From contig CAWJKR010000009.1 in assembly GCA_963843505.1 (NCBI GenBank), forward strand, positions 102,506 to 166,505: a DNA stretch of 64,000 bases, written 5' to 3'. Position 1 is the stretch's first letter, and each line of letters begins with the position of its first letter. Positions 51,596 to 62,996 of the stretch are shown here, piece by piece. The stretch is from Candidatus Aminicenantes bacterium (GTDB lineage Bacteria; Acidobacteriota; Aminicenantia; Aminicenantales; Saccharicenantaceae). Made by a program: the position numbers and the translations under genes. The notes beneath the pieces are model-generated. The model was given only the letters and a program-made list of their open reading frames with translations, made no database searches and had not been told where the DNA came from.

Positions 51596-52555
51596 TTACA
51601 TCGGGGACTGAAGCGGGGTCCCGTCGAGGAAATCCGTGACCATGGGCGCCAGCCAAGCGCCCCGGGACATGACGCCGAAGTGATTCGTCCCCGGCAGGAC
51701 CGCGAGCCGCGACCTGGGCAGGCCGGCCACGTCTCCGAACACGCCCCCGCCGAGGAGGCGGAACATCTCGAGGGCGTGCTCGGGGCGGACCCCGTCGGAA
51801 TCGCCCAGGACGATGAGCGTGGGCGAGGCGATCGCCCGGATGACGTCCGGGGGCCAGGCGTAGACCTTCGCCTCGGCCGCCTTGATCTTGTCGACGAGCG
51901 CCGGGAAGCCCGCGGGGTTCGGCGCCACCTTGTTGTAGCCGTCCCGGATCGGCGTCCCCGTGAAGTCGTCCGGGGTCATCTTGGCGATGGTCGCCATGAC
52001 CTCCGGATACCAGCCGTCGGTCCGATAGGTCCCCGAGACGACGACGAGCTTGTCGACCATCTCCGGGTGGCGGATGGCCGCTTGAAGGGCGACGCCGCCG
52101 CCCAGGCTGTAGCCGAGGACGTCGGCCTTGTCGATCCCGATGTGGCGCATGAGGGCGGCGACATCGTCGGCGAACTGCTCGAAGGAGAAAGGCCGGTCGA
52201 TGTCGGCCGTGCGGCCGTGACCCTGGAGCTCGACGGCGATGACCTGGCGGGTCTTGGCCAGCTCCGTGAGGGTGTCTCCCCACGCCTCGACGGTCATGAA
52301 GGCGCCGTGGATGAGGACCAGCGGCCGGCCCGCGCCGTGGATCTCATAGTACATCTTGAGCCCGTTGACGGGCGCGTAGTCCCGCTTGACTTCGGGCATC
52401 GCGGCGATCGGCTTCTCGGCGACCATCTCCGGCGCGGCCGGCGGTATCGTTGCGCCGCCCTTCTCGCCGCCCTGCTTGCAGCCCCCCAGGACCAGGATCG
52501 CGACGGCCAGCCCGGCTACGACGGACTTCGGGCACATTCCCATGCTCCTCGGCAT
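51596..52555 (-). CDS. Alpha/beta hydrolase lipoprotein
   Basis: Lipobox ILVLGGC. HG..M oxyanion context LVLIHGAFM. Nucleophile elbow LGYSLGGGVA. Intact 319-aa frame. Confidence 0.8.
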   Translation of the reverse strand: MPRSMGMCPKSVVAGLAVAILVLGGCKQGGEKGGATIPPAAPEMVAEKPIAAMPEVKRDYAPVNGLKMYYEIHGAGRPLVLIHGAFMTVEAWGDTLTELAKTRQVIAVELQGHGRTADIDRPFSFEQFADDVAALMRHIGIDKADVLGYSLGGGVALQAAIRHPEMVDKLVVVSGTYRTDGWYPEVMATIAKMTPDDFTGTPIRDGYNKVAPNPAGFPALVDKIKAAEAKVYAWPPDVIRAIASPTLIVLGDSDGVRPEHALEMFRLLGGGVFGDVAGLPRSRLAVLPGTNHFGVMSRGAWLAPMVTDFLDGTPLQSPM

Positions 52556-52648
52556 CTCGAATTCTCCTTTTTACGCGGATTTCCAGACAATCGTACCAGG
52601 CAGCTTCTTTTGCGAGATTCGTGCCAGTGGCGGAAATTTATGAGCAGG

Positions 52649-53974
52649 CTATGGATCGATCCGGAAGATATAGACAGCGCCCCTGTTGACGCCGCCGTTC
52701 GGGTTGGCCGGCCCCCCGACCGCGAAGGAATCTCCGGCCAGGGCCGTCGACCTGCCGAATTGGCAGTTTTCGCCGGCATCGGAGGGCGTGACCTTTCCCA
52801 GGAGGCCCCACGCATCCGCCCCTCCGAGGTTCCGTCTGAACACATAAACGGCGCCGAGAATAACGACCGGCCCCCCTTTCACCCCGGGAGCCCCGACAAG
52901 GGCGTAATCACCGGAGAGGGAGACCGAGATGCCGAAAGCGTTACCGGAGGCGGCATCGGCGGCTGAGAGCTTCTTGATCAGGCCCCAGTTATCCGCCCCC
53001 CCTTGGTTGCGCCCGAAGATATAGGCGGCGCCCGCCTCGACTTCGGCCTCGTGCTTCGTGTCCGCTCCGACGATCACGAGATCGCCCGAAACGGCGACAG
53101 AAGCTCCGAACCCGTCCCAGTCGGCCGCGTCAAAGGCCGCGAGCTTCTTGATCTCCAGCCAGGTTGCCGGGTTGCCGCCGCTCCGATAGAACACATAGGC
53201 CGCTCCGTAGAGGGAACCCGGCGAGCCGTCCCTAGCGGCTCCGATGACAGCAATGTCACCGGCCAAGGCGACGGACGAGCCGAATCTGGCCGCGTCGTGA
53301 GGATCGCTCGGCATGATCTTGGCGGTTTCGCCCCAGTTGTCCGGGCCGCCCTGGTCGCGGGCAAACACGTAGACCGCCCCGCCTCCGTTTGCGGCAACGG
53401 AGTTCCCCGGCGCTCCGACGAGGGCGGTATCGCCGTCGAGTGAAATGGCGTGTCCGAAAAAGTCGCCACGCGCGCCGTCCGAAGCCGCCAGCCGTCTTGT
53501 CTCTCCCCACGCGCCGGCGCCGCCTTGATCACGAGTGAACACGTGAACTGCGCCGGCGTTGGTCTCAATATCGTCTTCTTGAGGGGCCCCGATAAAGCCC
53601 GTATCGCCTCCGAGAGCGACGGCGTATCCGAATTGTTCAAAGGTAAAGCCATCGCTCACCGTGAATCTCTCGACCTCGCTCCACGCGTCCGTCCCGCCGG
53701 CGTTCCGCGTGAAGAGATGGGCCCGGCCGTCCGGGGACGTAGCGTAAGACATCTGGTCGAAGCGAGTCCCGGCAAGAAGCTGGCTGCCGTCGAAGGCGAC
53801 AGAACTCCCGAGCACGTCATAATCCAGGGCGTCGTCCAGGGTGATCTTTCGAACCTGGGTGACGGTTGGCTCCTGCTCGGGATCAGGGGGAGAGGATCGG
53901 CACGCAGCCAGTGCGATCGTGGCCAGGCCCACGAGGACAGATATTCGCCACAAGGACCGGGCCTGGAAGATCAT
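52649..53974 (-). CDS. FG-GAP repeat (integrin-alpha-like beta-propeller) lipoprotein
   Basis: Lipobox LATIALAAC. Seven repeats of the pattern FG.SV.L.GD....GAP......GAVYVF.R. Intact 441-aa frame. Confidence 0.8.
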   Translation of the reverse strand: MIFQARSLWRISVLVGLATIALAACRSSPPDPEQEPTVTQVRKITLDDALDYDVLGSSVAFDGSQLLAGTRFDQMSYATSPDGRAHLFTRNAGGTDAWSEVERFTVSDGFTFEQFGYAVALGGDTGFIGAPQEDDIETNAGAVHVFTRDQGGAGAWGETRRLAASDGARGDFFGHAISLDGDTALVGAPGNSVAANGGGAVYVFARDQGGPDNWGETAKIMPSDPHDAARFGSSVALAGDIAVIGAARDGSPGSLYGAAYVFYRSGGNPATWLEIKKLAAFDAADWDGFGASVAVSGDLVIVGADTKHEAEVEAGAAYIFGRNQGGADNWGLIKKLSAADAASGNAFGISVSLSGDYALVGAPGVKGGPVVILGAVYVFRRNLGGADAWGLLGKVTPSDAGENCQFGRSTALAGDSFAVGGPANPNGGVNRGAVYIFRIDP

Positions 53975-54046
53975 CGGCGTCCCACCGGGAGGGATAATAA
54001 TTAATACCGGATCCGAATGTCAACAATACGGACATACCGCCACCGG

Positions 54047-56910
54047 TCACTTCTCCGGATACAGCGTGACCTGGACGTAGCGCTTGGTGTTGAAATAGGT
54101 CTTGGCCGCGGCCTTGACCGAGGCCCGCGTCAGGAGCTTGATCGATTCGGGGAAGCGGACGATCGCGGCCGGGTCCTCGGCGAGCTGGTAGCTTTCGGTG
54201 AGCTCGCTCATCCACCAGCCGTTCTGGCGGCTGTCGGTCTCGTAATCGCGCGATTCGGTCAGCCGGTACTCCTCGACCTCTTTCTCCGTCGGGCCGTCCT
54301 TCGTGAGCTTCTTGATCTCGCTGAAGATGGCCTTGGTCATCTCGTCCATCCGGGCCGGGTCCGTGCCGAGGTCGATCGACATCCGGAACTCGGCGGTGGG
54401 GATCTTCCGGTAGGACGGCTGGACGCCGACGTTGTAGGTGCCGCTCAGCTTCTCGCGCAGGAGCTTGCGCAGCCGGGTCTCGAGCACGTGGCCGGCGGCG
54501 CGGATATTGATGCGGTTGCCCGGATCGTCCTGGAAAGGCCCGGAGAAGACGATGGCCGTCAGGCTCTTGGGCTCGACGCCCTTCTCGACCGTCCGCTTGA
54601 CGACGCCCTCGGGCGGCGGCACGCGCCAGTCCTTCCAGGTCTCCTTGCGTTCGAGTGAAGGCAGGGAGGCGAGGTACTTGTCGACGAGGGGCTCGATCGC
54701 CGCCAGGTCCAGGTTGCCGACGAGGATGAACGTGAAATCGCTCGCGTCGGCGAAGCGGTCGCGGAAGAAGGCCAGCGACTGCTCGAGGTCCATCCGGGGG
54801 ATCTCGTCGACCGTCATGGGCCGGAAGCGGGGCTGGTCCCGCTGCAGGGTCGTGCGCAGGGTGTCCGAAAAGACGGTCTCCGGGCTCTTGGTGCGGTTCT
54901 CGAGGTAGGTCTTGAGCTGGGACTTGAGGACGTCGAAGACGACCGGGTCGGGCCGCGGCGCGGTGAAGGTCAGGTAGACGAGCTGGAAGAGGGTCTCCGC
55001 GTCGCGCGGCGAGGCGCTGCCCGAGAGGCCTTCCTCGAGCTCGCCGATCGACGGCCGGATCGAGACGGCCTTGCCGGCCAGCTTCTTCTCGAGGTCGACG
55101 GTGCTGAAGACGCCGAGGCCGCCGGCGGGGATGACCTGGTCGGCGGTGTTGGCCGGGATGAGGTTGCGGTCCTCGGCGAGCGAGACGCCGCCGGCGCTCG
55201 TGGCCCGGAAGAGGATCTCGTCCTCCTTGAAGGCCGTCGGCTTCAGCACGACGCGGGCGCCGTTCGAGAGCGTCCACTCGGTGACGCCGATCGCGGGGAT
55301 CTCGCGGCGCTCGACGACGCGGCCGGGCACGGGCTCCTCGGCGATGAGGGGCGCGTCGGTCGTCGTGTCCTCGTAGGCGGCGAGCTCCTCGCTCTTGACC
55401 TCCTCGAGGACGGCGGCCGAGCCCGGCCTCGGTCGGGACCGGGACGCCCGGCTTGTCGGGCAGGGTGGCCATGACGACGCGGTTCCGGCCGGTCATCCAC
55501 TCCCCGGCCAGGGCGTTGACCTCTTCGAGCGTGATGCCGGGCATGAAGAGCTTGTGCAGGTCGTACTCGTACTGGATGCCGGGCGTCGGCTCGCCGTTGA
55601 GGAAGGCCCGGGTGAACTCCTCGGCGTAGGCCTCGGAGTCCTCGGTCTCTTTTTCGGCCAGGGCGCGCTCGAAGTAGCGCAGGGCCGTCGCCTTGCGGCG
55701 CTCGATCTCGGTCGCCGTGAACCCGAAGCGGGCCACGCGCTCCCCTTCCGTGTAGATCGACCGGAGACCGCGGGGGATGCCGCCGTCGCCGACGAGGGCC
55801 GAGATGACGAAGACGTCCTTGGAGCCGACGAACCGCCCCTTGCTCGCGACGGCGCCGAGGAAGGGCGGGTCGGGCTTCTGGGCGATCTCGGTCAGCCGGT
55901 CGTTGAGCGCGTCGTTGAAGAGCCGCTCGACGAGCATGCGCCGGTAGGACCCGACCGAGACTCTGGTCGGCCGCGGGGAGCTTGTGGTAGACGGAGACGA
56001 TGCTCGAGGAGGCCTCCTTGTCCGCGGCGATGGCGAAGAGCGTCCCGTCGTGATCGGGGACGGGATAGGTCGGCCGCGGCACGGCGCCGGCCGGCATCGG
56101 GATGGGCCCGAAGTGCTTCTTGATGAGGGCCTCGATCTTGGACCGGTCGAAATCCCCGACGGCGACGACGGCCATGAGATCGGGGCGGTACCAGGTCCGG
56201 TAGTATTTCTTCAGGGTGTCGTAGGCGAAGCTCTCGATGACCTCCTTCTTGCCGTCGGGGAGGCGCTCGGCGTAGCGGGAGCCCTGGAGGAGGACGGGGA
56301 ACTGCTTGTCACGGATGCGCGTCTCGGCGCCCTGGCCGAGCCGCCATTCCTCGACGATGATGCCCCGCTCCTTGTCGATGGCCTGGGGCTCGAAGGTCAG
56401 GTTGTGGGCCCAGTCCTCCATGATGAGGAAGGCGTTCCCGAGGATGGCCTCGGAATCCGTCGGGACCTTGAGCATGTAGATCGTCTCGTCGAAGCTGGTG
56501 AAGGCGTTGAGGTCGGGGCCGAAGCGCATGCCGATCGACTCCATGAATTCGATGAGCTTCTGCTTCGGGAAGTGGGTCGAGCCGTTGAAGGCCAGGTGCT
56601 CGACGACGTGGGCCAGCCCGCGCTGGTCCTCGTCCTCGAGGACGGACCCGGCGTTGACGACGAGGCGCAGGTCGGCCCGGTTCTTGGGCTCGCGGTTCTC
56701 GCGGATCCAGTAGCGGAGCCCGTTGGGGAGCTGGCCGACCGTGATCCGGGGATCGACCGGGATCTTCTGGTCGAGCGCGTATTGGGCGGGCGGGACGGCG
56801 GCCTGGTCGGCCGGCCCGGCGACCTGTGGGGTCACCTGTTGGGCGACGACGGACGAGAGGGCCAGGACGATCCACAGGGCTACGAGGAGGGTTTTGCGCA
56901 GGTTTTTCAT
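54047..56910 (-). CDS. M16 (pitrilysin/insulinase) family zinc peptidase, about 950 aa, secreted; at least three apparent frameshifts
   Basis: Signal peptide MKNLRKTLLVALWIVLALSSVVA. Inverted zincin HVVEHLAF with downstream E (FMESIG). Recognisable sequence continues through track ORFs 55243-56922, 53883-55937 and 54047-55330. Confidence 0.8.
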
Positions 56911-56965
56911 CCCCTCCATCATAGAGGATTTCGGGGATTATGGATATCCGCGGCCTCGGGGGGAT

Positions 56966-56994
56966 TTGTCAAGGGCGGGCGGGCGGCCTATACT
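56966..56994 (+). promoter_or_regulatory. Putative sigma70-type promoter for the beta-helix lipoprotein gene
   Basis: TTGTCA, 17-nt spacer, TATACT. AGAGAGGAG RBS before the ATG at 57041. Confidence 0.45.
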
Positions 56995-57040
56995 GGATAG
57001 TTGACCGCCAAGCGCGGCGCATTAGAGAGGAGATCAGCCC

Positions 57041-58926
57041 ATGAAGCGCATTCGCCCTATGTTTTGGGTCGTCCCGCTGGCCTTGGCCCTCGCGGCCGGC
57101 GGCTGCGCCTCGAACGATAACACCCCGGACCCGAGCCTCATCGTCAATTCCCTGGAGGATCTCGCCTCCCCGCCGGCCGGAACGATCACCCTGCGGTCGG
57201 CCATCGCGGCGGCCGGGTCGGGCGAGGCCATCACGTTCGACCCCACGCTCGACGGCGACACGATCCTGCTCACCGTCGTCGGCGAGGAGCATTCGACGCT
57301 CGTGGGCGAGGTCTACGTCAACAACGTCGTTCTCGGGTTATCAGGAACGTGATTATGGCAGGTCGGCGCTCTACGCCGCCAAGCACCTCGTCATCGACGC
57401 GTCGGAGCTGCCGAACGGGATCACGATCAAGTGGGGCGGAGGCGACACGAGCCACGCCAGGGTCCTGGCCGTGTACGGGGACCTGACCATGAAGAACGTG
57501 ACGATCGAGTCGGGCTATTCGACGGCCGAGCCCATCGCCACCGCGCAGCTGTACACCCTGGCCCGCGGCGGCGGCCTGGCCGTCTGGGGAACGGCGCGTC
57601 TCGACGACTGCACGATCACGGGCAACACCTGCTTCGGCGAATCGGGGTCCGCCCGGGACCGCGGCACTTACGGCGGCGGCATCTACGCCAACGGGCTCGA
57701 CCTCAACGACTGCGTCATCAGCGGGAATTCCGCCATCGCCTACGGGGCCGGCGGCGGGGGCATCTATTCGGTCGGCGGCGGGGACAACACCTCCGGCCGC
57801 GGCAACGACACGGCGCTCACCCGCTGCACCGTCAGCGGCAACCACGTGATGGCCCAGCACGCCTACGGCGGGGGCATCTTCACGCTGTCCGGCGGGCCGA
57901 ACAACCTGGCCACGATGGTCCTGACGAACTGCACGATCGCCCGCAATCTCCTGGAAGATCATCCGGACTTCGTCAATACCGGCCAGTGGTTCGACAGGGG
58001 CGGCGGCATCTATATGGGCGGCGGCTCCCTGTGGGTGTCCGGCTGCACGATCGCGGAGAACGCCATCGTCGGCGAGCTCGCCTACGTCGGCGGCAAGCCC
58101 AGCGCGGCCGGCGCCGGGGTCGGGGCCACCACCGGCAACGCCCACGTCATCGAGACCGTCTGGCTCCAGAACTCGATCGTCGTCGGCAACACGCTGAACG
58201 GCGACGCCGAGGACTGGTTCGCGGGGTCCATCCTCGATTTCTACAGCAACGGCTACAACATCGTCGGCCGCGTCAACTTCACCTGGATCCTCACGCCGGT
58301 GCCCGACTGGATGATGTCCAGCCGCAAGCGCTGGCCCAAGCCGGGCGACGTGGACGGGGTCACGCTGGCGCAGGCGCTCGATGTCGGCGGCGCGCACTAC
58401 CACGCCACGGCGATATCGGCGGGGACGGACGCCGGCGGGCCGGCCATCCTGTGGTACCCCCCGGCCTCGCTCGCCGTCGACAAGATCCCCAACCATGATT
58501 ACGACGTCACCTACGTCAACGCCGGGTACACGGGATTCGGCGTTCCGACGGACGACTTCCTCAACTACGTCATCCTGCAGTGCCGGAGCCAGTACGGCGC
58601 GATCCTGGGGGCCGATTTCGGGACGGAGTTCGGCGACCTGACCGGGACGACCTGGTACGGGCCGGCCCGGACCTGGCCGTCGAACCCCCAGAACGCCGCC
58701 TGGATCAATTTCTGGCACGCCCTGGACACGGCCATCGGCGACCGGCTCGGCATGGTCAGGCTGGGAGACGACTTCTGGGGGACGTTCACGAGCGGACCGC
58801 TCGGCGACAACGTCCAGATCACCGTCAGCCGGCAGACGAAGTCGTTCCACATGGAGGGCGTCGACCAGCTGGGGAATCATGCGCCCGCGGGGCGCGACGG
58901 GCGACATCGGCGCGATCGAGCAGTAG
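57041..58926 (+). CDS. Right-handed parallel beta-helix (PbH1, choice-of-anchor-Q-like) lipoprotein; two apparent frameshifts (~57340, ~58880)
   Basis: Lipobox LALAAGGC. Repeated GGGI(Y/F)....L..C.I..N turns. The C-terminal DQLGN.RP.G..GDIGAIEQ motif is restored after a shift. Stop at 58924-58926. Confidence 0.65.
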
Positions 58927-59086
58927 AGGCGGCGAGCGGGGTTACCCCCCGCAAGGCCGAACTGTGTTCGGGAAGCGGGGGCCTCCCCAATGAGAATGCA
59001 ACGCCTGCCCCGGGCGTCTTTAAAGCAAAGGAAGCGCCCAGAGGGCGTCCCTTCGGCCCAAGAGAGTTTTCATTCGGAGGGGATTA

Positions 59087-59105
59087 GCAACTATTATTTA
59101 GTTGC
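59087..59105. promoter_or_regulatory. Operator-like palindrome upstream of hicA
   Basis: GCAACTA, 5-nt spacer, TAGTTGC: a perfect 7-bp inverted repeat overlapping a TTGCAA, 17-nt spacer, TAAGCT promoter-like arrangement that ends 4 nt before the hicA ATG. Confidence 0.4.
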
Positions 59106-59134
59106 AATTCCTTAAAAAGAGTGCTAAGCTATTC

Positions 59135-59392
59135 ATGAGCCGCCACGAAAAACTCCTTCGTCGCTTCATGGCGAAGCCGGCGGATTTCGGGTTCGACGAG
59201 ATGCTCACGCTGCTGCGGGGTTTCGGATATGAGGAGATCAAGTCCGGGAAGACCGGGGGGGCGCGCGTCGCGTTCATCCATAGAAACGGAGGCCATATCA
59301 TCCGGCTCCACAAACCGCATCCGGGGAAGATCATGAAAAAGTACCAGATGGAGCTCGTCCAGGAGGCATTGAGAGTCCAAGGGGATCATCAA
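59135..59392 (+). CDS. hicA: HicA-family toxin (no stop codon before hicB in the sequence as given)
   Basis: FDEMLTLLRGFGYEEIKSGKTGGARVAFIHRNGGHIIRLHKPHPGKIMKKYQMELVQEAL is the typical HicA dsRBD-like fold signature. Confidence 0.7.
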
Positions 59393-59735
59393 GTGAAGGA
59401 TGTTCTTCGGTACACGGACTTCATCGGGTCGGTCCATTTCAGCGCCGAAGACGAATGCTTCTTCGGTAAGATCGAGGGCATCGACGACCTGGTGACCTTC
59501 GAGGGCCGCGATGTCGGCGAGCTGAAGCGCGCCTTTCGCGAAGCCGCCGATGATTATATCGACCTCTGCCGGAAGGCCGGGAAACCCGTATTCAAGTCGT
59601 ATGTCGGGTCCTTCAATATCAGGATGCCGGCGGAACTTCATCAGAAGGCCGCCCGGAAGTCCGCTCTTCTCGGGATATCGCTCAACCAGCTCGTTCAGCG
59701 GGCGGTCGAGAAAGAGGACCAGGGAATCCAGATGC
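59393..59735 (+). CDS. hicB: HicB-family antitoxin with C-terminal RHH; 3' end uncertain
   Basis: GTG at 59393 preceded by AAGGGGA. VKDVLRYTDFIGSVHFSAEDECFFGKIEGIDDLVTFEGRDVGELKRAFREAADDYIDLC plus SFNIRMPAELHQKAARKSALLGISLNQLVQRAVEKE. The frame runs on without a stop into the next gene. Confidence 0.7.
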
Positions 59736-60726
59736 GGATCATAACGCGATGGCGGATCTCCAGGCAGTTGCGGCTTCTTCGCGGCCGCGGCCTGCTCTGG
59801 GCCCGATGCGGGCCAGCCCGGCAACGGCAAGCAAGCCAGGGGCGCCGCAGTCGCGCCTCCGAGCATGGGCGTTGTCGACGGCATCCCCGGCTGGACGCGG
59901 ACCGGGCCGCCCGAGCGCTACAACAAGGAAGGCCTCTACGGCTACATCGACGGCGGGGCCGAGATCGTCCTCCAGTACGGCTTCCGGGAGCTCGCCGTCT
60001 CGACGTTCAAGCCGGCGGCCGCGCAGGGGGCGCCGAAAGAGATCGTCCTCGAGATCTACCGGATGGCCTCGGGTGAAGCGGCCTTCGGTCTCTATTCGAC
60101 CAAGCTCGAAGGCGGTGAGAAAGGCTGGCCGGGGATCGGGCCGGACAACTGGACGAGCCCGGGGCAGGCCTCTCTCGTCAAGGGCGAATTCCTGGTCAGC
60201 ATCCTCGCCCCGGAGTGCACCGAAGAGGAGATCGGCGACTTCATGGCGGCCCTCGAGCCGAAGGTCCCCGGGGGCGGGACCGTCCGTCCGGCGGGGATGG
60301 ACGGACTGCCGCGGGAGGGCATGATCCCCTCGAGCTGGCGATTCATCAAAGGCCCGCTCGCCGCCCAGAACGAGTCGCCGTTCCTCGAAGGGCGACTTCT
60401 GGGGCTTCTCTCCGGGACGACGGGACGAGGCCCTCATCTCGGCCAAATACGGGGCCGTGCCGGCCGTTTCGAAGCTGATCGTCGTCAGGCTCGGGACCGC
60501 GTCCGCTTCGCCGTCGCTCGAGGACGCGGTGGCGGCCGCTTTCGGCGAGTACCTGAAGGATGTTCGCCGCGAGGACGCCTCGATCGAGGGCCGGAACGAC
60601 GCCGGGCGCTGGTTCCTCTATAAGAGGTCCGGCCCCTGGGCCGCCTTGGTCCTCGGCGAACCGGACGAGGCCGCCGCCCGCGCCCGCCTCGACGCGGCCC
60701 TCGCGACCGCCGCGGCTCGTCGTTGA
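59732..60726 (+). CDS. Hypothetical lipoprotein; at least three apparent frameshifts
   Basis: FAAAACSG lipobox-like segment. Then GIPGWTRTGPPERYNKEGLYGYIDGGAEIVLQYGF... (track ORF 59865-60623) and a C-terminal part in track ORF 60457-60726. No family recognised with confidence. Confidence 0.4.
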
Positions 60727-60730
60727 AAAG

Positions 60731-61260
60731 CTAAATGCTCGCCACCGAAATCCATAGCCAGGCGTAGAGTCCTAGGGACAACGGCACCGCAACTGCCAGG
60801 AAGCTCAGGAAGGGGCTGTGCCTCTTGAACCGGATCTGCCGCACGTCGGTAAGAGGAATGGAGACCGGCCGCGTGGTCCGGTCGATGATGAGGAGGGACC
60901 ACTCGGCGTCCCCCCTTTCAAGACCCGCAGGACCTGGTGGACGCGACCGGCGCCGTCCGTGACCTCATAGACGCTTCCGTCGGGCCGTTCCTTGATCGCG
61001 GAAAAGGGCCCCTGGATCTCGAGAGGAACGGAGAAACGGACGAGGGCCGTGCCCTGGATCGCCGCGCCCCGAACGCGGCCCGGGTCTGACTTGGCGAACT
61101 CGATGCGTTCGCCGGACGTCTTGACGACGGTCATGACCATCGCTCCCCAGCCGGGGGCGTCCGTGATCCCGCCGATGTTCTTGGTTCGCCATGTCACGCA
61201 GGACGTCGCTAAAAGGACGAATCCCGCGAGTGTGAACAGGCTTATCGCTCTTCGGGACAT
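60731..61260 (-). CDS. Hypothetical lipoprotein with C-terminal hydrophobic segment; one apparent frameshift near 60905
   Basis: MSRRAISLFTLAGFVLLATSC lipobox. The tail ...IPLTDVRQIRFKRHSPFLSFLAVAVPLSLGLYAWLWISVASI is recovered in a second frame. Stop at 60731-60733. Confidence 0.4.
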
Positions 61261-61433
61261 GGTATTCCTCCTGAACGCTAATGGTCGCGAGGTCCGGCCC
61301 CCGGGCATCCGCCCCCAATATAGCTTGCCCCCAGGCCTGAGTTGTCAAGAATCCGTCAAGATTCGTTGATCTCCCCCTCGATCTCGCGCTCTCTTGACAC
61401 CGCACGAGGCGAGGGAGCAGAATCGGCCTGCGC

Positions 61434-62968
61434 ATGCGCTATCGAACACTCGCCGCACTTGCCATGATCCTGGCGCTCGCCTCGGGCTGCCGGGGACGAC
61501 GCCCGGGCCAGGGAGAGGATCCCGTCGCCGATCGTGCCGCCGCCAAGCCTAAGACGTTCGTCGTGGTGACCTTCGACACCGAGGATTACATCACCCCCGA
61601 ATCCGAGCATATCGACGATATCCCCAAGTGGCTGGCCGAGACGATGACCGAGGAAGGCGTCACGGGGACGTTCTTCGTCATCGGCGAGAAGGCCCGGTCC
61701 CTCGAGAAGCGGGGGCGGCGCGACGTCATCGCGGCCATGGCCAGGCACGACATCGGCAGTCACACGAACTTCGGCTCGATCCACCCGACCGTCACCGAGG
61801 AGCTGGAGAAGGCCGGCTGGGACGACGGGGTCGCGGCTCATGTTCGATCAGGAATCGGCCGGGATCCGGGAGATGGCGACGGATCTTCGGCGTCCCCGTG
61901 ACCACCCTGGCCCGCCACGGCGGTTCGTACGGCCCCCAGCTCGTGGCCGCCCTGGCCGACTTGAAAACGGGCTACCAGGGCTCGCCGGCGAGCCTGCCCG
62001 GTCATGACGTCGTCTGGTTCTGCAACGCCCTGAACTTCAGCGCCCAGTACGCCGGTTTCGACGATTCCTATTACCGCGACGACCTCTTCGAGCCGGTCTT
62101 CGAGAAGCTCAAGGCCGATCTCCCCGGAGTCATCAAGACCTCGCAGGTGCTCGCTCTCTTCGCGCGGGCATCCGACCAAGATCCGGGCCGAGGAGTTCTG
62201 GGACCTGAACTTCTATTACGGCAAGAACACCCCTCCGGAGGAATGGCGGATCCCCCGGCTGCGGCCGCAGGAAACGATGGCCACGGCGCAGAAGAATTTC
62301 CGCCGCATGATGCGCTGGCTCAAGGGCCGGGACGATATCGAGATCACGACCTATCGCGCGCTGATGGACATCTACTCGCGGCCAGAAGGAACAGATGACC
62401 CGGGACGAGCTCCGGGACGATCGGCCAGCCGGGCCCTCGGGAGAAGACCCTCGCCCCGACCGACGACCTTTCGCCGGCCGAGGCCTTCGCCGGGCTGGCC
62501 GAGGCGATCACCGGATACCGGAGCGACGGACGGATCTCATCCGGACCATTCGCTTCCGGCACATCCTCTCGGCCCGATAGAGATGCCGCCGGCTACCCCC
62601 GGGATCGGGAGCGTGACTCTCGAGGAGGCTTTCGACCTCGCTGACCTCTCCGCTTCGCGGCGGGCGCGCAAGACCGCATGACTGGCTCCCCGCTTCCCTC
62701 GACGTGCGGGGAGCCCGGATCGGCACGGGCTCGCTCTTCGCGCTCTTTTCGCGCCGTCTTTCTCGACCTCTATGCGGGCCGGACGCGTCCGTCGTACGAT
62801 GTCCCCGCGTTCGAGCCGTATCCCAAGACGAACGAACAGAAGATCATCGGCGAGATCGAAGGTTACAGGACCTGGCCGGTGCACAAGCCCGACCTCGATA
62901 TGTCCCGCATCGTCGAATTCACCAAGCTCCAGCTCTGGACCCTGAAACCCGCCCGCGCGGCGCGATAA
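61434..62968 (+). CDS. Polysaccharide deacetylase (CE4/NodB)-like lipoprotein; at least four apparent frameshifts
   Basis: Lipobox ILALASGC. FVVVTFDTEDY and IGSHTNFGSIH motifs. Recognisable sequence continues in track ORFs 61628-62398, 62277-62681 and 62678-62968. Confidence 0.5.
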
Positions 62969-62996
62969 CGCCGATCCCGGAACGGAGGTGACGGTC

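Noticed and set aside
49988-52966. The 992-aa plus-strand ORF
   Set aside because: Only about 60 aa near its start belong to the FtsX permease. The rest is low-complexity sequence antisense to the DUF1428, alpha/beta-hydrolase and FG-GAP genes, a typical high-GC artefact.
59102-60076. The 324-aa plus-strand ORF as a single gene
   Set aside because: It is a composite of HicA, HicB and the out-of-frame 5' region of the next lipoprotein gene. The arginine-rich tail after about 59740 has no coding signature.
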